A stretch of DNA of 64,000 bases, taken from assembly GCA_000708835.1 (NCBI GenBank), contig DF237047.1, forward strand, positions 124,001-188,000, given 5' to 3'. The DNA is from Klebsormidium nitens. Its lineage: Eukaryota; Plantae; Klebsormidiophyceae. Each line of letters opens with the position of its first letter. Within the stretch, counting starts at the first letter, position 1. Shown here piece after piece: positions 11,405-22,801 of the stretch. Below the pieces are notes generated by a model that worked only from the letters and a program-made list of their open reading frames with translations, had not been told where the DNA came from and did not search any database. The position numbers were made by a program, and so were the translations under genes.

Positions 11405-14400
11405 ATGGGGGGTAAGTCGGGGAACAAGAAGAAGAAGCCAAGCCCTTCTCAGGCGGCTAAGGCGGCGGAGAAGAATGCGGCACCGGCGGCTGCTGAGCAG
11501 CCCGAAGACAATCCGGAGAAGGTACGTATGCCAGCAGAAGTTTTGACACGCATAGACAATATTCAGAGTGCTGTCTAGAGCTGATGCTGACAGCATTGTA
11601 CATTGGGGTTTGTGTCTGAAGCAACGAAAGTATGTGGTGGCACTATCATCAGCGTTGTGAGAGAGCTGTAGCAAACAATGTGGTATGGGAGTGCATCTTG
11701 GTTTAATGAAGCTCTGCAAGGGGGAAGAGTAGCCCCGCCACGGTAATGACAAATGGATGCTAGACTTAGTCAAAAGGGTCCATTTGTTGAGCTTTGAGAA
11801 CAATGCCAGGTCCGGTGGAAGCCGGTGCAATACTCCCCAGTGTCAATAAGTGTACTCTTGTCGCGGAGCCTCAGCTGATACTTGGTTTCGAGTTGGAGAG
11901 GGGATGTCAAACATCCTTGGGGTCAATGAAAGGGTTAGAAGCTGGTAATGGTGACGCAAACCGTGGTGCGTCATCCTTGGCATGAGCAGTTTTCTTACCG
12001 GTTCTGTCACTGTGGCGCTTCAGCTACCCTTTGACCGGCTGCCGATACTTACTTTTGGTAAAGGATGTTGAAGTTGGAAAAGCATTAACTCACACCAGTC
12101 GTGCCCCTCCATTTATCAAGTCCTTGATAGCACAGTGTCATAGCGCCAGCGTACTCTCACAAGCAAACACGCTCAAAACAAGGGCACCTCAAGTGCCAGA
12201 AGTCCCTGCTCCTCGAATGGCAGCTGATGTGTAGCACGTCCCCAGAGTTGCATTTCAGTGCATTTTTCGAACAATCACTGTTGCTCACAAAAGGCGCCTG
12301 GCTTGGGAGACCGAACCTTTCACACTTGTGCACGCCACTCGAACGCTCCCCTTCTGATACTTTGCTTTCTCCTTCAGGTCATCATTGACCGTGCCCGGGC
12401 CCTCCGTGAGCAGGCAAACACCCTTTTCAAGTCCAAGGAGTACCAAAAGGCACTCGACTTTTACGACCAGGCGATCGCTCTCCTTCCGGGGGGTCACTCG
12501 GACCGCGCGGTTCTGCACAGCAATAAGGCTGCGGTGCTCCTGTCGCTGCAACCCCCCTCCTATGTTGATGCTCTAGAGGAGTGCAACAATGCGCTAACAA
12601 TCCAGCCGCGGCACATACGCGCGCTCCTGCGCAGGGCGCGCGCGTTTGAGGCGCTCGGGAAGTTTAAGGAGGCGCAGGCGGACCTCGACCTCCTGCTTTC
12701 GGTAAGGAAGGGGGGCGCAAGCTTGGGGTTGGCTGTCAGTTGGTGCATTGCTATGGCGAGGCTCCAGTGTTTAGGAGGTTTTTTTTTATTGTGGGTTTAG
12801 GCACCAATGAAAAGTGGTGAAGAGAGGCTTATCGATTATGATCTTTGAGAACATACGATTTTATCCAGGTGCACGTGTTCTGTCATGTCTTCAATTTGAG
12901 AAGGCGGTGCTCTATGGGTTTCCTGTTGTCAACTCGCGAGAAGGGCTTTTGAGGGGTAGCATGGGCAGGGGTCGGTGATTGCGGTTCCCGGAGTAAGGCA
13001 GTGGCGGTGACTGGAGGATGTCAGTGGAGAATCGTTCTGGAGGAGTTCGCGTCACTGTCAAAGAACAGCCCCAGATGGATGCCCTACAGGAGCTCATTCT
13101 CATCAGCTTCTCGCAGCCAAACCTGGCCAAGAGTATGTCCAAGAGCTGTGGCTGTCTTCAGGTGCTGGGAAGCCTCTTCTAGTCCTCAGAAGCCTATTTG
13201 TCACTCAGTTTCATGAACAGCTACTGTCAACAGGCAGCCAAATTAGAACATACGTCGACAACTAAGCGGTCCTTGCAGGACATCCGTACTGAGTTTCTTC
13301 TTTAGCAAGAGAAGGGGTCTTTCTATTCTACTAATTTTGTACGAGCAGTTCCCCTACCACTTGGTATGGGTTTCTCAAATTCGCAGAGCACTGTAGAACC
13401 TGGTCTAATTCCTTCCTGGATTTCCAAACTCACTGTTTTTGAAGTGGAGGAGTCTTGGTGACTCATGCTTGGACCTTCGCTGCAGACGGATCCTGCGAGC
13501 GAGGACGCCAAGCAGCTGCAGGAGACGGTCAAGTCGCAGATGAACAAGCCGAAGGCGCCTCCCAGTTCCGTGGCCGGCCGTAAGAGCGCGACCTCATCCC
13601 CTCTTTCGTCTCCGGGTGCTGATGCTGGCCGAGCGATGCCCTCGCTTCCAGAGCGGAAAGCGAAGCGGAAGTCGACGGAGGCGGACGGGGCCGCACCTGC
13701 GGAAGTAGCGAAGGCGCCGAAACTCAAGGCGTCGGAAGTGCCGGTTCCGAAGGAGTTGGTGGAACTGATCCCGGAAGTGAAGGCGGCGATCGAGGAAAAC
13801 GAGCGGCTTCTGGAGGAGGAGAAACGGAAGATTGCGGAGAACGCGGGGGCGGCCGCGGCAGCCGCGCCGCAGGAGGGGGCGAAACCGGAGGGGGGGGAAA
13901 CGAAGACGGTGAAGCGGACGGTGAAGGTCGTGCGGAAGAAGAAGCTCGACCGGCCGGCCATTCCGCTGAAGCTGGTTTACCAGGGGCACGACATTCGGAA
14001 GACGGAGCTGCCGGCGAACGGGGGGTTGAAGACGCTGCGGGAGGTGGTGCAGAAACGGTACCCCGGGAGCAAGGCCGTTTTGGTGAAGTACCAGGACGAG
14101 GACGGGGACTGGATCACGATCACGAGCAACGAGGAGCTGCGGGGCGCGCTAGAGCTCTGCGGGTACGCAGGCAAATCGGCAGACGCGAAAAATCCGGAAG
14201 AGGGGGCGAAGAAGGGGCCGGTGAGGCTGGAGATCACGGAGGTTCCGGAAGAGCAGGAGCCGGCGGTGGAAGAGGGAGGGGAGGATGACGTGGCAGGTAA
14301 TGCACTGCCCTTAGTCGGGTTCAACCCCTGTACTTCGAACCTTAGTACTCTCTCTGAGTGCTACTATTCTCGTATGGGATAGGCCGTTTGACCTAAGGAG

Positions 14401-17400
14401 ATTGTGCTGTTTCCGGTCCATGTGGCTTCCTGCGTGAGAAGGGGTGAAATGCTTGATTCGAATCACGCCGGCCTTTCTTCGTGAAGAGTTCCTTGATCAG
14501 TTTCAATTGCAAACCCACCGCGTGACGCTCAGACATGGTGCGCTGGTTTTCTTACCTTAATATTTCCAATATGGAAGTCTGGAGATGACGTCCTACCTAG
14601 ACTGCTGGCGTCCAATCCTGAAAGCCTAACACCGACGGATTCATTCGCGGCAGATTATGAGGAGGAAGAAGTTGAGGAAGAGATCGAGGAGGAGGTCGCT
14701 GAGGAGGCGCCAAGTGGCGCTGCGCCGAAGGCGGAGCAGGAGGAGGGGGCGGCGATCCAGGAGGACTTTTTGTACCACCTCTCGTTGGCGGTGAAACACA
14801 AGCTGGGTAAGCCAGGGGTGCCAGCTTGGGTTTTTATCCTAGTGCTTGTCACCGGAATGGAGATCAGCGGCCTCATACGGGACCAACGGACAAGGCCAAC
14901 TTTGCGAGTCGTAGCAGCTTGAATGTAATTACCAGAATCATAGGTTTTAAACTGCTGGCCAACCCATTTCGTGAGAGTGACCAGTGCCGCAATCGAGCTC
15001 TCCAACCACGTGCTCTTCTTGTGATAGGCAACTAGGGAAGGGTGGCCGCAGATTGTTCAAGGCGCGGCAAGGTCCTGCAGAGTACGTACGAGAAGCGTTT
15101 CTAATTCAGTGGAGGAGAACAGTAGAACGAGAGAACCGCCTCTGTACGACAAGCTTGACAGCTCCTCGCCAATATCGTGCCTGAAGTCCGCTGACGGCAT
15201 TTCGGTTGCCGTTCCAGGCATGACGTTGGACTACAACCCGCACGACGCGTTCCACCAGGGCCATCAGCCCCTGCTGCAAGCCATTGACGAAACGCTCCAG
15301 TCTGACGAGGCTGTGCCATATTACGAGCAGGCGGTTGCGCACTACAAGGAAGTGGTGAGTTTGCGGGTATGCTGAGGCTTGTTTCCTTCCGTCTTGTAGA
15401 TAGGGTTGGTACGTCCTACAAAGATCAGAAGACTGGTTCTGAGATGTATGACCGTTCAATTCAAGTTGCAAACGAGGGTCCGCCAGTTGCGGGGCTATGT
15501 GCCTTTCACAATATCGCAGTTTTTTTGGGCCAATCATTTATGATACATTGGTACTCTAGGACCGTTCATTCACCATTTCAGTGTTTTGTCTTTTCTTTCA
15601 CCACCCCATTGCTAGGTCTACCAACCACCTCTCATGTCAGCAGGTTGTCTGTTCAGTTTCAGGTCGAGAATCGAAGATTTCAACGGCTGTCGTACCTAGG
15701 CCTACTCCCTGGCTCCAAACAAGGGTTCAGTCTAGCATAGATTCCCGGGGGTCCATGGCTAATTCGTGGCTCGCTTCTGCCCCCAGATCGCGGGCGGGTA
15801 CATGCAGTGGGGCAACATCCACCAACTTTCAATGACGCTTTTTTTGGTCAAGGGGGTTTTTGACTGATTAACAACCACTGGTTAACAATCTCCGGGAAAA
15901 ACCGTGGCTCGTTTCTCCCCCCAGATCGCGGGCGGGTACATGCAGTGGGGCAACATCCACAAGCTGCTGGCGGACAAGGTGCTGACGGAGGCGGGCCGCG
16001 TGGGCGACAAGCAGGAAAAGCTGAAGCTGCTGCTCAGGCGGCGCGACGAGATCCAGAGCCAGTACAACGAGGCGCACAAGATGTTCCAGCAGGCCAACGC
16101 CATCGCGCCGGACCTCGTCGAGGTGCGTTTATTTCTTTCTTCTTGGTTATTTCCTTTTGTGGTACAACCTTCTCGAGATTGCCATTCTCGTATTATATGT
16201 ATGTAAGTAAAGTTATCGGACCTTTTCAAGCGTCAGTACAACGAGGCCCACAAGATGTTCCAGCAGGCCAACGCGACCGCGCCGGACCTCGTCGAGGTGT
16301 GTTCTCAATAATGGCCTCAGATTTCAAGGTTCTAGAAGTATTGGATTCTGGTGTCAAGAGTGTTAGGGTTTATTTTCCTTTTGATCCACTTCGACGTTTC
16401 GAAAATTGGTTCATACTGGTGTCCGCCTCACGCGCCAGTGCAACGGCCCAGAAGGTGTTTCAGCAGGCTCTGGTATTCGCGCCGGACCTCCTCGAGGTGG
16501 GGCACAGGTTCTTCTGTTGTTTCCTTCTTCAGGTCCGCATAATCCCGTCGATATGTCTTGACGCTTCGAACTTTGGTTTTGTGTCTCTTTTCTTTCACGA
16601 GCCAGTACGAGGACGCGCCCAACATTATCTAGCTGGTATTGTTGCCATCTTAATTGCGCCGTCTGTTTCTTATGTTATCACGGTCTCTGCTCTTTCTCAG
16701 GTGACAAAATGCTGTCTCTGACCGGCTCTGTTATCCGAGACAAGATATTTCAGCATCGGTATTCGTCTGCTTCAACGTCTGCAGTGTTTTGCGTCTCTTT
16801 CTCCAATCTGAATCTCTCTGAACTTTTTTGTACCTTGTGGCCATTATTCAGGCGACCTCTCTGTAGGTGTACAATGTTGTATCTCTCAGCTATACATGCA
16901 TCTCGGAACTCTTTCTCATCTCAGTTCGCCGTCTTCCCTTTTCCAGGCGACCTCTCTGCTGGTGCAAAACCTGTCGTTTACGAGCAAGCCACACTTTTCA
17001 TATGCAAACCTGTCGATTACGAGCAAGCCACACCTTTCATATGCAAAGCTGTCGATGCATCTCATGCGTTGCCTTCTTCTTTTCAAAATCCTCGGAGCAT
17101 CTCTCCTTCAAGATCTCCCATAATCTGGAGGTTTTTCTTATCCTGATTTGCGAATCCCCTTCTTTCAGGCGACCTCTCTGCTGGTGCACAACCTGTTGGA
17201 CATGGCCAAGCCGCACCTGTTGTATGCGGAGCTGTCGGTTTATTCTACTCGTTGCCTCTTCCTTTCCATACCATATTCGCAGCATCTCTCCAATAAATTC
17301 ATACATCACCTGGAGGTTTATCTTATCTTAACTTGCAAGTCCTTCTTCCAGGCGACCTCTCGGCCGGTGCACAGGTCCGTTAGATATAGCCAATTAGCAC

Positions 17401-20110
17401 CAAGCCTTTGTGGGGGATTGTGGGTGCCCCCTTTTGTCCTTGAATTAGTGCTCTGGCATACGTTTACTTTATAGTCCTCTGAGTTTGATCCGCCCTTTTG
17501 TGCAGGCGACTTCTCTGCTGGTGCACAACCCGTTGGACATGGCCAAGACGCACCTGTTGTATGCGGAGCTGTGCTGTTGATGCATCTTTTTTAAACCCTC
17601 TGGGCATCACTCCGTTGTGTTTCCAAGCAACCCCAAGAGCTTTTTCTTATCTTATTCGCGGTCTCCCTTCTTTCAGGCGACCTCTCTGCTGGTGCACAAC
17701 CTGTTGGATATGAACAAGACGCACCTATTGCATGTGGAGGTGTCGCTCCATCTCCCGCGTTCCGCATTCTGTTCTTTGACCTCTTTCCGTTCAATCATTA
17801 GACAATCTGGAGGCTTTTTTAATCTTGATTTACCGTTTCCCTTCTTGCAGGCGACCTCTCTGCTGGTGCACAACCTGCTGGACATGGCCAAGACGCACCT
17901 GTTGTATGCGGAGCTGTCGGTACCGGACCTGACCCTCTGGAACAGCACACAGGTCTTCAAGCTCGTGGGCAATGCGATCGGCATCCTCAGCGAGCCAATC
18001 AGGGTGAGACACGTGGACATGGAAGAAGCGGTCTCACCCAGACTTGGCAACGTTGATGTGCTGGCAATCGAATGGTCGCAAGGATTGGTCTGAATAAGAC
18101 GATCCCGTTTTCACTTACAATCTGTCGCTAAAAATATCAGATCATTGTCCTCGCAGAATCTTTCGGATGATTGTCAGAGGTTTTCTTAAGGGCGTTACAG
18201 TATCTTGTGATGCACCAGATGATGTTTCCGCGTTCACAAATGGGCTCCAAAAGTTGGTCGTAATAGAACTACAGCCGTTGGATACGAGTCTTGAACGGCC
18301 CGGATTTGCAATTCAGCTCAGGCGGTCGAATCTGACAAACAGTCGATGAATCGTTTCCTGCTCGCCATAAGCTCTTGCAATGTAAATTACGTCCTTACAT
18401 CCTGCCGTCGTCCAAGTCTGGTAATTTTGACTACCTTGTTACTCCCCCTACTGAGTAGTTCATAAGTCAACACACAAGTTAGTCCGAGTTGACAGCTCAT
18501 TCCAATTGTTCAGGACGCGGTTCTCTTTTCGCTTGTCTTGCTTTCTCTGAAATCTACGCGATCCCTCTTATTCTCTTGCAGAAATTGGAGATCCAGATTG
18601 CGGAGGACGAGGAGAGTCTAGCCACCGAGGAGAAGGCGCGCAATGCGAAGCTGGCGGAGGCGGGCGAGTCGCTGACGGAGGAGGAGAAGAAGGAACTAGA
18701 CCAGCGGGTCGAGGAGCTGCGCTACTTCGTGGCGCTGGCCAAGGAGCGCCGCACGCAGCTCAAGCTGACCATGGCGGAGATCCTGCTGGAGCAGTCGTCG
18801 TTCGAGGTGAGGGGGGTGGAATTTGCCTCAATTGTGGGGGGTGGGAAGAGCTCGTATTTCGTAGGGGGATACTGGGTAGTGCATTTTTGAGAGGGGGGGA
18901 GGTGTTTGTGACGGCTTTGTAGCTCAAGCTGACCATGGCGGAGATCCTGCTGGAGCAGTCGTCGTTCGAGGTGAGGGGGTGGAAACGGCACTGGATCCGG
19001 GGGGTGGAATGTAGTTTCCTTTTAGGGGGGCTGAAATTTCGGGATCTTGGTAGGGGACATTGGGCAGTGGGTGACTTTGAGGTGGAAGGAGAGTTTTGGC
19101 AGCGAAAGAAGGCAGCTCCAGATGACAATGGGTGAAATTCTGCTGGAGCAGTCGTTGTTCGAGGTGAGGGGGTGAAAATGGCAGTAGATTCGGGGGGGTG
19201 AAAACATCCAGAGGGGGTTACTGGGCACTTGGTTTTGGGGGTTGAAAGCTTAATAGCTAACGCAGCTTAAGCTGTGTAGGACGGAGATCCTGCGGAAGCA
19301 GTCGAGGTGAAGGGGTAAATTAGCAGTCGATTCGGGGGAGTGGGAGAGGAGTCACTTTTCGGGGGGCAATTGGGCAGTAGGGTATTTCCGAGGGGGAGAG
19401 GGGTTTCCGATCGCTGATGCCGCACAAGCTGAACATGTTGGCTTTTTTGAAGATCGCTGGTCACGATGTCTGACGCACCACCTGCCCATATCCGTCTGGG
19501 CACTACGTCATTATGATGCTCATCTTGCTCACTTCCAGTGGGGCCGCAGTACAAGACAGAAAAGCTCACGTGGGGCTAGACGTTAAGAATGCTTGGAAAT
19601 CCTTCCGGAGCGCTGATTACTGCTCGTAGTCCTATGCACGATACGACGTCAACATGAGCTCACGTTGCTTCCGTTTCCGACTTGCAGTACAAGACTGGAA
19701 AGCCCACGTGGGTCCAGACGCTGGAGAACGCGTGGGAGCGCTTCCGGAGCACCGAGTGCAACATCCTAGTTGTCATGGCCGTGCTTCTGCCGAACCACGA
19801 GTGGATCAAGCAGCAACTAGAGAAGGCCAAAACGCCCGCGGCGCCTGCGGTTGAGGACAAGAAGGACGAAGCTGCGAAGGGCTCGGGAGATGCTGCGCCG
19901 GGCAGCAGCGAGGGGGCGGAGGAGGGGTCGGGGGGACCTACCGAGGAGAAGCACGAGAACGGGGCGGTTGAGAAGGGGGAGGAGAAAAGTGTGCCGGAGA
20001 AAGGGGAAGAAGCGCATGCCAACGGGGGGTTAGAGAGCTCCGAGCAGAAGGCGAATGGAGAAGGGTCGGCGAGCAAGAAAAAGAAGAATAAGAAGCAGGG
20101 TGCGAAGTGA
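11405..20110 (+). CDS. TPR + PB1 domain protein (PHOX/CLMP1-like), ~846 aa
   Basis: Exons 11405-11521, 12378-12701, 13486-14296, 14654-14806, 15218-15354, 15925-16122, 17851-18003, 18582-18806, 19688-20110 (2541 nt, in frame). N-terminal TPRs (ANTLFKSKEYQKALDFYDQA..LHSNKAA..RALLRRARAFEALGK), PB1 domain with OPCA motif (VLVKYQDEDGDWITITSNEEL), then the PHOX-like MQWGNIH segment. Confidence 0.9.
15765..17850 (+). repeat. Exon-edge echo arrays around TPR-PB1 exons 6 and 7
   Basis: Acceptor echo at 15765-15822; donor echoes with GT at 16297 and 16497 (real 16123); six acceptor echoes of cagGCGAC(C/T)TCTC with exon-like starts at 16852, 16947, 17169, 17352, 17506 and 17677 (real 17851). Confidence 0.92.
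18920..19615 (+). repeat. Exon-edge echo array in TPR-PB1 intron 8
   Basis: Donor echoes with GT at 18971, 19164 and 19307 (real 18807); acceptor echo with exon-like start at 19550 (real 19688). Confidence 0.88.
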
Positions 20111-22801
20111 GGGGCTTGTCAGGGCGGCGCTTTTGGTCGGAAATCGAGTTGCTCGGGGGTGCTTGGTCGCCATTCGTTTTGTCTCAGAAGTGGGCTGGTT
20201 TTCGCGGATAGAAAGGGTCGTCGAATTTGCTGCAGTACGTTATGATTGGTTCTTGAAGTTTCAACCGCAGCGTGACCTGCCGCATCGAGGGGAAAATAGC
20301 ATGTCTTCAGTCGGATCCTGTTGACGATGTCTGAGTATACCTCAGTCAATGTGCTTTCGTAACAAAGTTTTGCTCAAGAACTTTGGCCCAAGCTTTGAGC
20401 TATTCAGGATCTAGTGCACCAAGCTTCTGTGAGTCCATGCATGGTTGCTTGATTGGTTGCGGGCGTGCAAAATCCGAAATCTGGCGTGCTCATGTGACAG
20501 TGCGAGAAAGTTGATTGATCGGTTTGTCGTTGACAATTTGAGGTCATCTATATTAGAATGGACTGCCATCATGTTCAGCATGACGGTCCAGCTCCGAAGA
20601 TTCATGGTTACTAACCTTGGTCACAATTGGCGATCTCAATGGGAGGCGGTTTAACTTGATTCTCTTCATATCAGTGATGTATCATGCAGCATGCTTGCAT
20701 TTCAACTATAGCTTGCATGAAGAGTGGCATGTGCATGGTTAGAAACCCGAAGGATGGAACAAGCGATCATGTGTTGCAGATGCATGCGGCAATACATGAT
20801 GCAATCGATCTTCGGTGTTTTCGCCAGTAACTGAAGTGGGCACAGGTTACCTCATGGCATACGTGTTACACATGCGATTTGTGTTCTTTTTGCTTTTTCA
20901 TGAAGGCTGCATGGAGTTATAGTTTGTGCATGTGCTCCGCCTGTCAGTCGCAATCGCCTCTAGTACGGTTGCCAAGCTCCGACATCCTCAGTCCTCCTTA
21001 GTATGCCTCGTCTTCTTCTCTGTAGTGGCAAATCGGGTAGAATGAATCACTTAACCGTCGGTCACTCGAAATCAACAAACACTACTAGTAGGTTTGAAAA
21101 AGGCGAGCCCTTGGCTGCTCAATTGCAAAGCAGAGTGTTGTTATCAGACTATATGTTCGAAGCAAACCCGTTCAGTATGTGAAATCTGAGATATAACTTA
21201 CGTTACTCATCGCCTCACACAAGCTGCTTGTTTGAAAACGTTAGGGCCGCATCTACTCGATCATCGATGTGAACTGCCTTCAACTTTCAAATAGTGGATC
21301 TGAGCTAGTCTGTTGCTGGGATCGTCTAGATGTAAGATCTTAAAAGCTATTCTAATCTTGATTACGATACAAAAGAGTGCTTGCTTCTTCTGATGCTTGT
21401 CACAGCTGTTGATCCAGGTCAAGTATCTTCCCGTACGTTATCACCGTGGCCCCTGGGATAGTTCTAACCTGAGAGCAAAGCTAAGGCTTGCCTAGAGCAG
21501 GAAATCACACCCAACCAAGCTTGATCAGGAACAGCCTAAGTGCCTTCTACTAGGCCAGACTGGTTGAATGCTCATTAACACCCGTTCAGTGGCTTTGATT
21601 ATGAGCAAAACCTTCCTGTGTTGTAATTAGGAAGACGGAGCTGGCCCAAACAGCACTGTGTCCACGCAAGGCATCAGCCAAGACAGATGCTTTGCTCGTT
21701 TCGGGTGCAGACGAAGTTCCCGATCCAACACCCAGTGGTTCCTGTTCGCCAATGACACGTCCAAGATTATTTTGACGGTCTTCACTTTTGGCTCTCCATA
21801 TGCGTCAGTCTCTGGCAAAGCCTCTCCAATGCAATACACTCGGAGTATGTCAGTCTTTGGTACCCGTTTCTCCGCCCCAGGTGCAAATGGTTGGTTGTCG
21901 AAGTACAGCTGACGGTTGGCGCAGTTCTCAATCGTCACTTCGGTGACGGGCCGTGGACGGGCCAATCAAATAGAAACAATGTAGTTTGCTGCAGTTCACG
22001 CGTTTCTAATTTGGTGTCGCATTAGCAGATGATTAAACTTGAGAATCTTGCCCTGAAAGCTGAGCTGAGCTCTAGCAGATCAAGCTAGTGCGAGCAGAAG
22101 CCTGAAACAAACGAAAGTTGAACAAACGCAGCTAGTGAAGTAGGTAGCTGTGAAGTGCAGATTGCACTGCAACTACCTATGATGATGACCGTGACCGTCC
22201 TCCTGCCTCAGTGCATCCCCACTTTCGTCGACCCTGGCATGCAGAGCCGTACGATGATACGTGTTGTCTGACTCGGCATTCAATGGACGGCCAGGAACCA
22301 GGTCCGTACCACGTGAACCATCTGACAACTGGCATGGAAGAGTAAGTTGGATGCATGTTGCATCACATAGGTTTGCGGAGGGTATCGGTGGGGGTTTAAC
22401 CTGAGACCGGTTCAGTCACCGGAGTGCTTTTGCCCAGCTTTGACCGATTCCCGGGAGGATTCACCGGCTGCTTTTGTTTTGCCCCGGGGTTTCGCTGGTC
22501 AATGCATCATTCAGCGCGCGCTAGCATTCTTTTCTGAAAGTGCAATGCTGAGCTGGTTTGCGAAATATCGTGTCTTGCTAGCAGCTACATGGTCGTCTCA
22601 CTTTCCAGCTACACGGGTGACGGAACGCGGGTTTGGGTGGGGCGTTTGTCATGAACTTTCTGCTCGTCAACCTCCTTTCACAAATTCAGAAAAGTTTCAT
22701 TCCATCTTCGAAGGAGAAGCTTGCAGTCGCATTGAAAGTAAGCGCAGGATTGCGTCCAATTGAGTTCAAGCTCACAACGTTGCCCTTCCGCACCTGACAG
22801 A

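Noticed and set aside
13323-13989. Long - strand ORFs opposite the PB1 exon
   Set aside because: Antisense shadows of a GC-rich coding exon.
15945-16721. 258-aa ORF (also 17617-18093, 16867-17331)
   Set aside because: These are read-through frames spanning exons and intronic echoes; the real coding frame is the spliced TPR-PB1 gene.
16830-17850. Regularly spaced repeats that superficially resemble a CRISPR array (also 28630-29210)
   Set aside because: The repeats are copies of the adjacent exon start, the spacers are homologous to each other, the context is eukaryotic and there are no cas genes.
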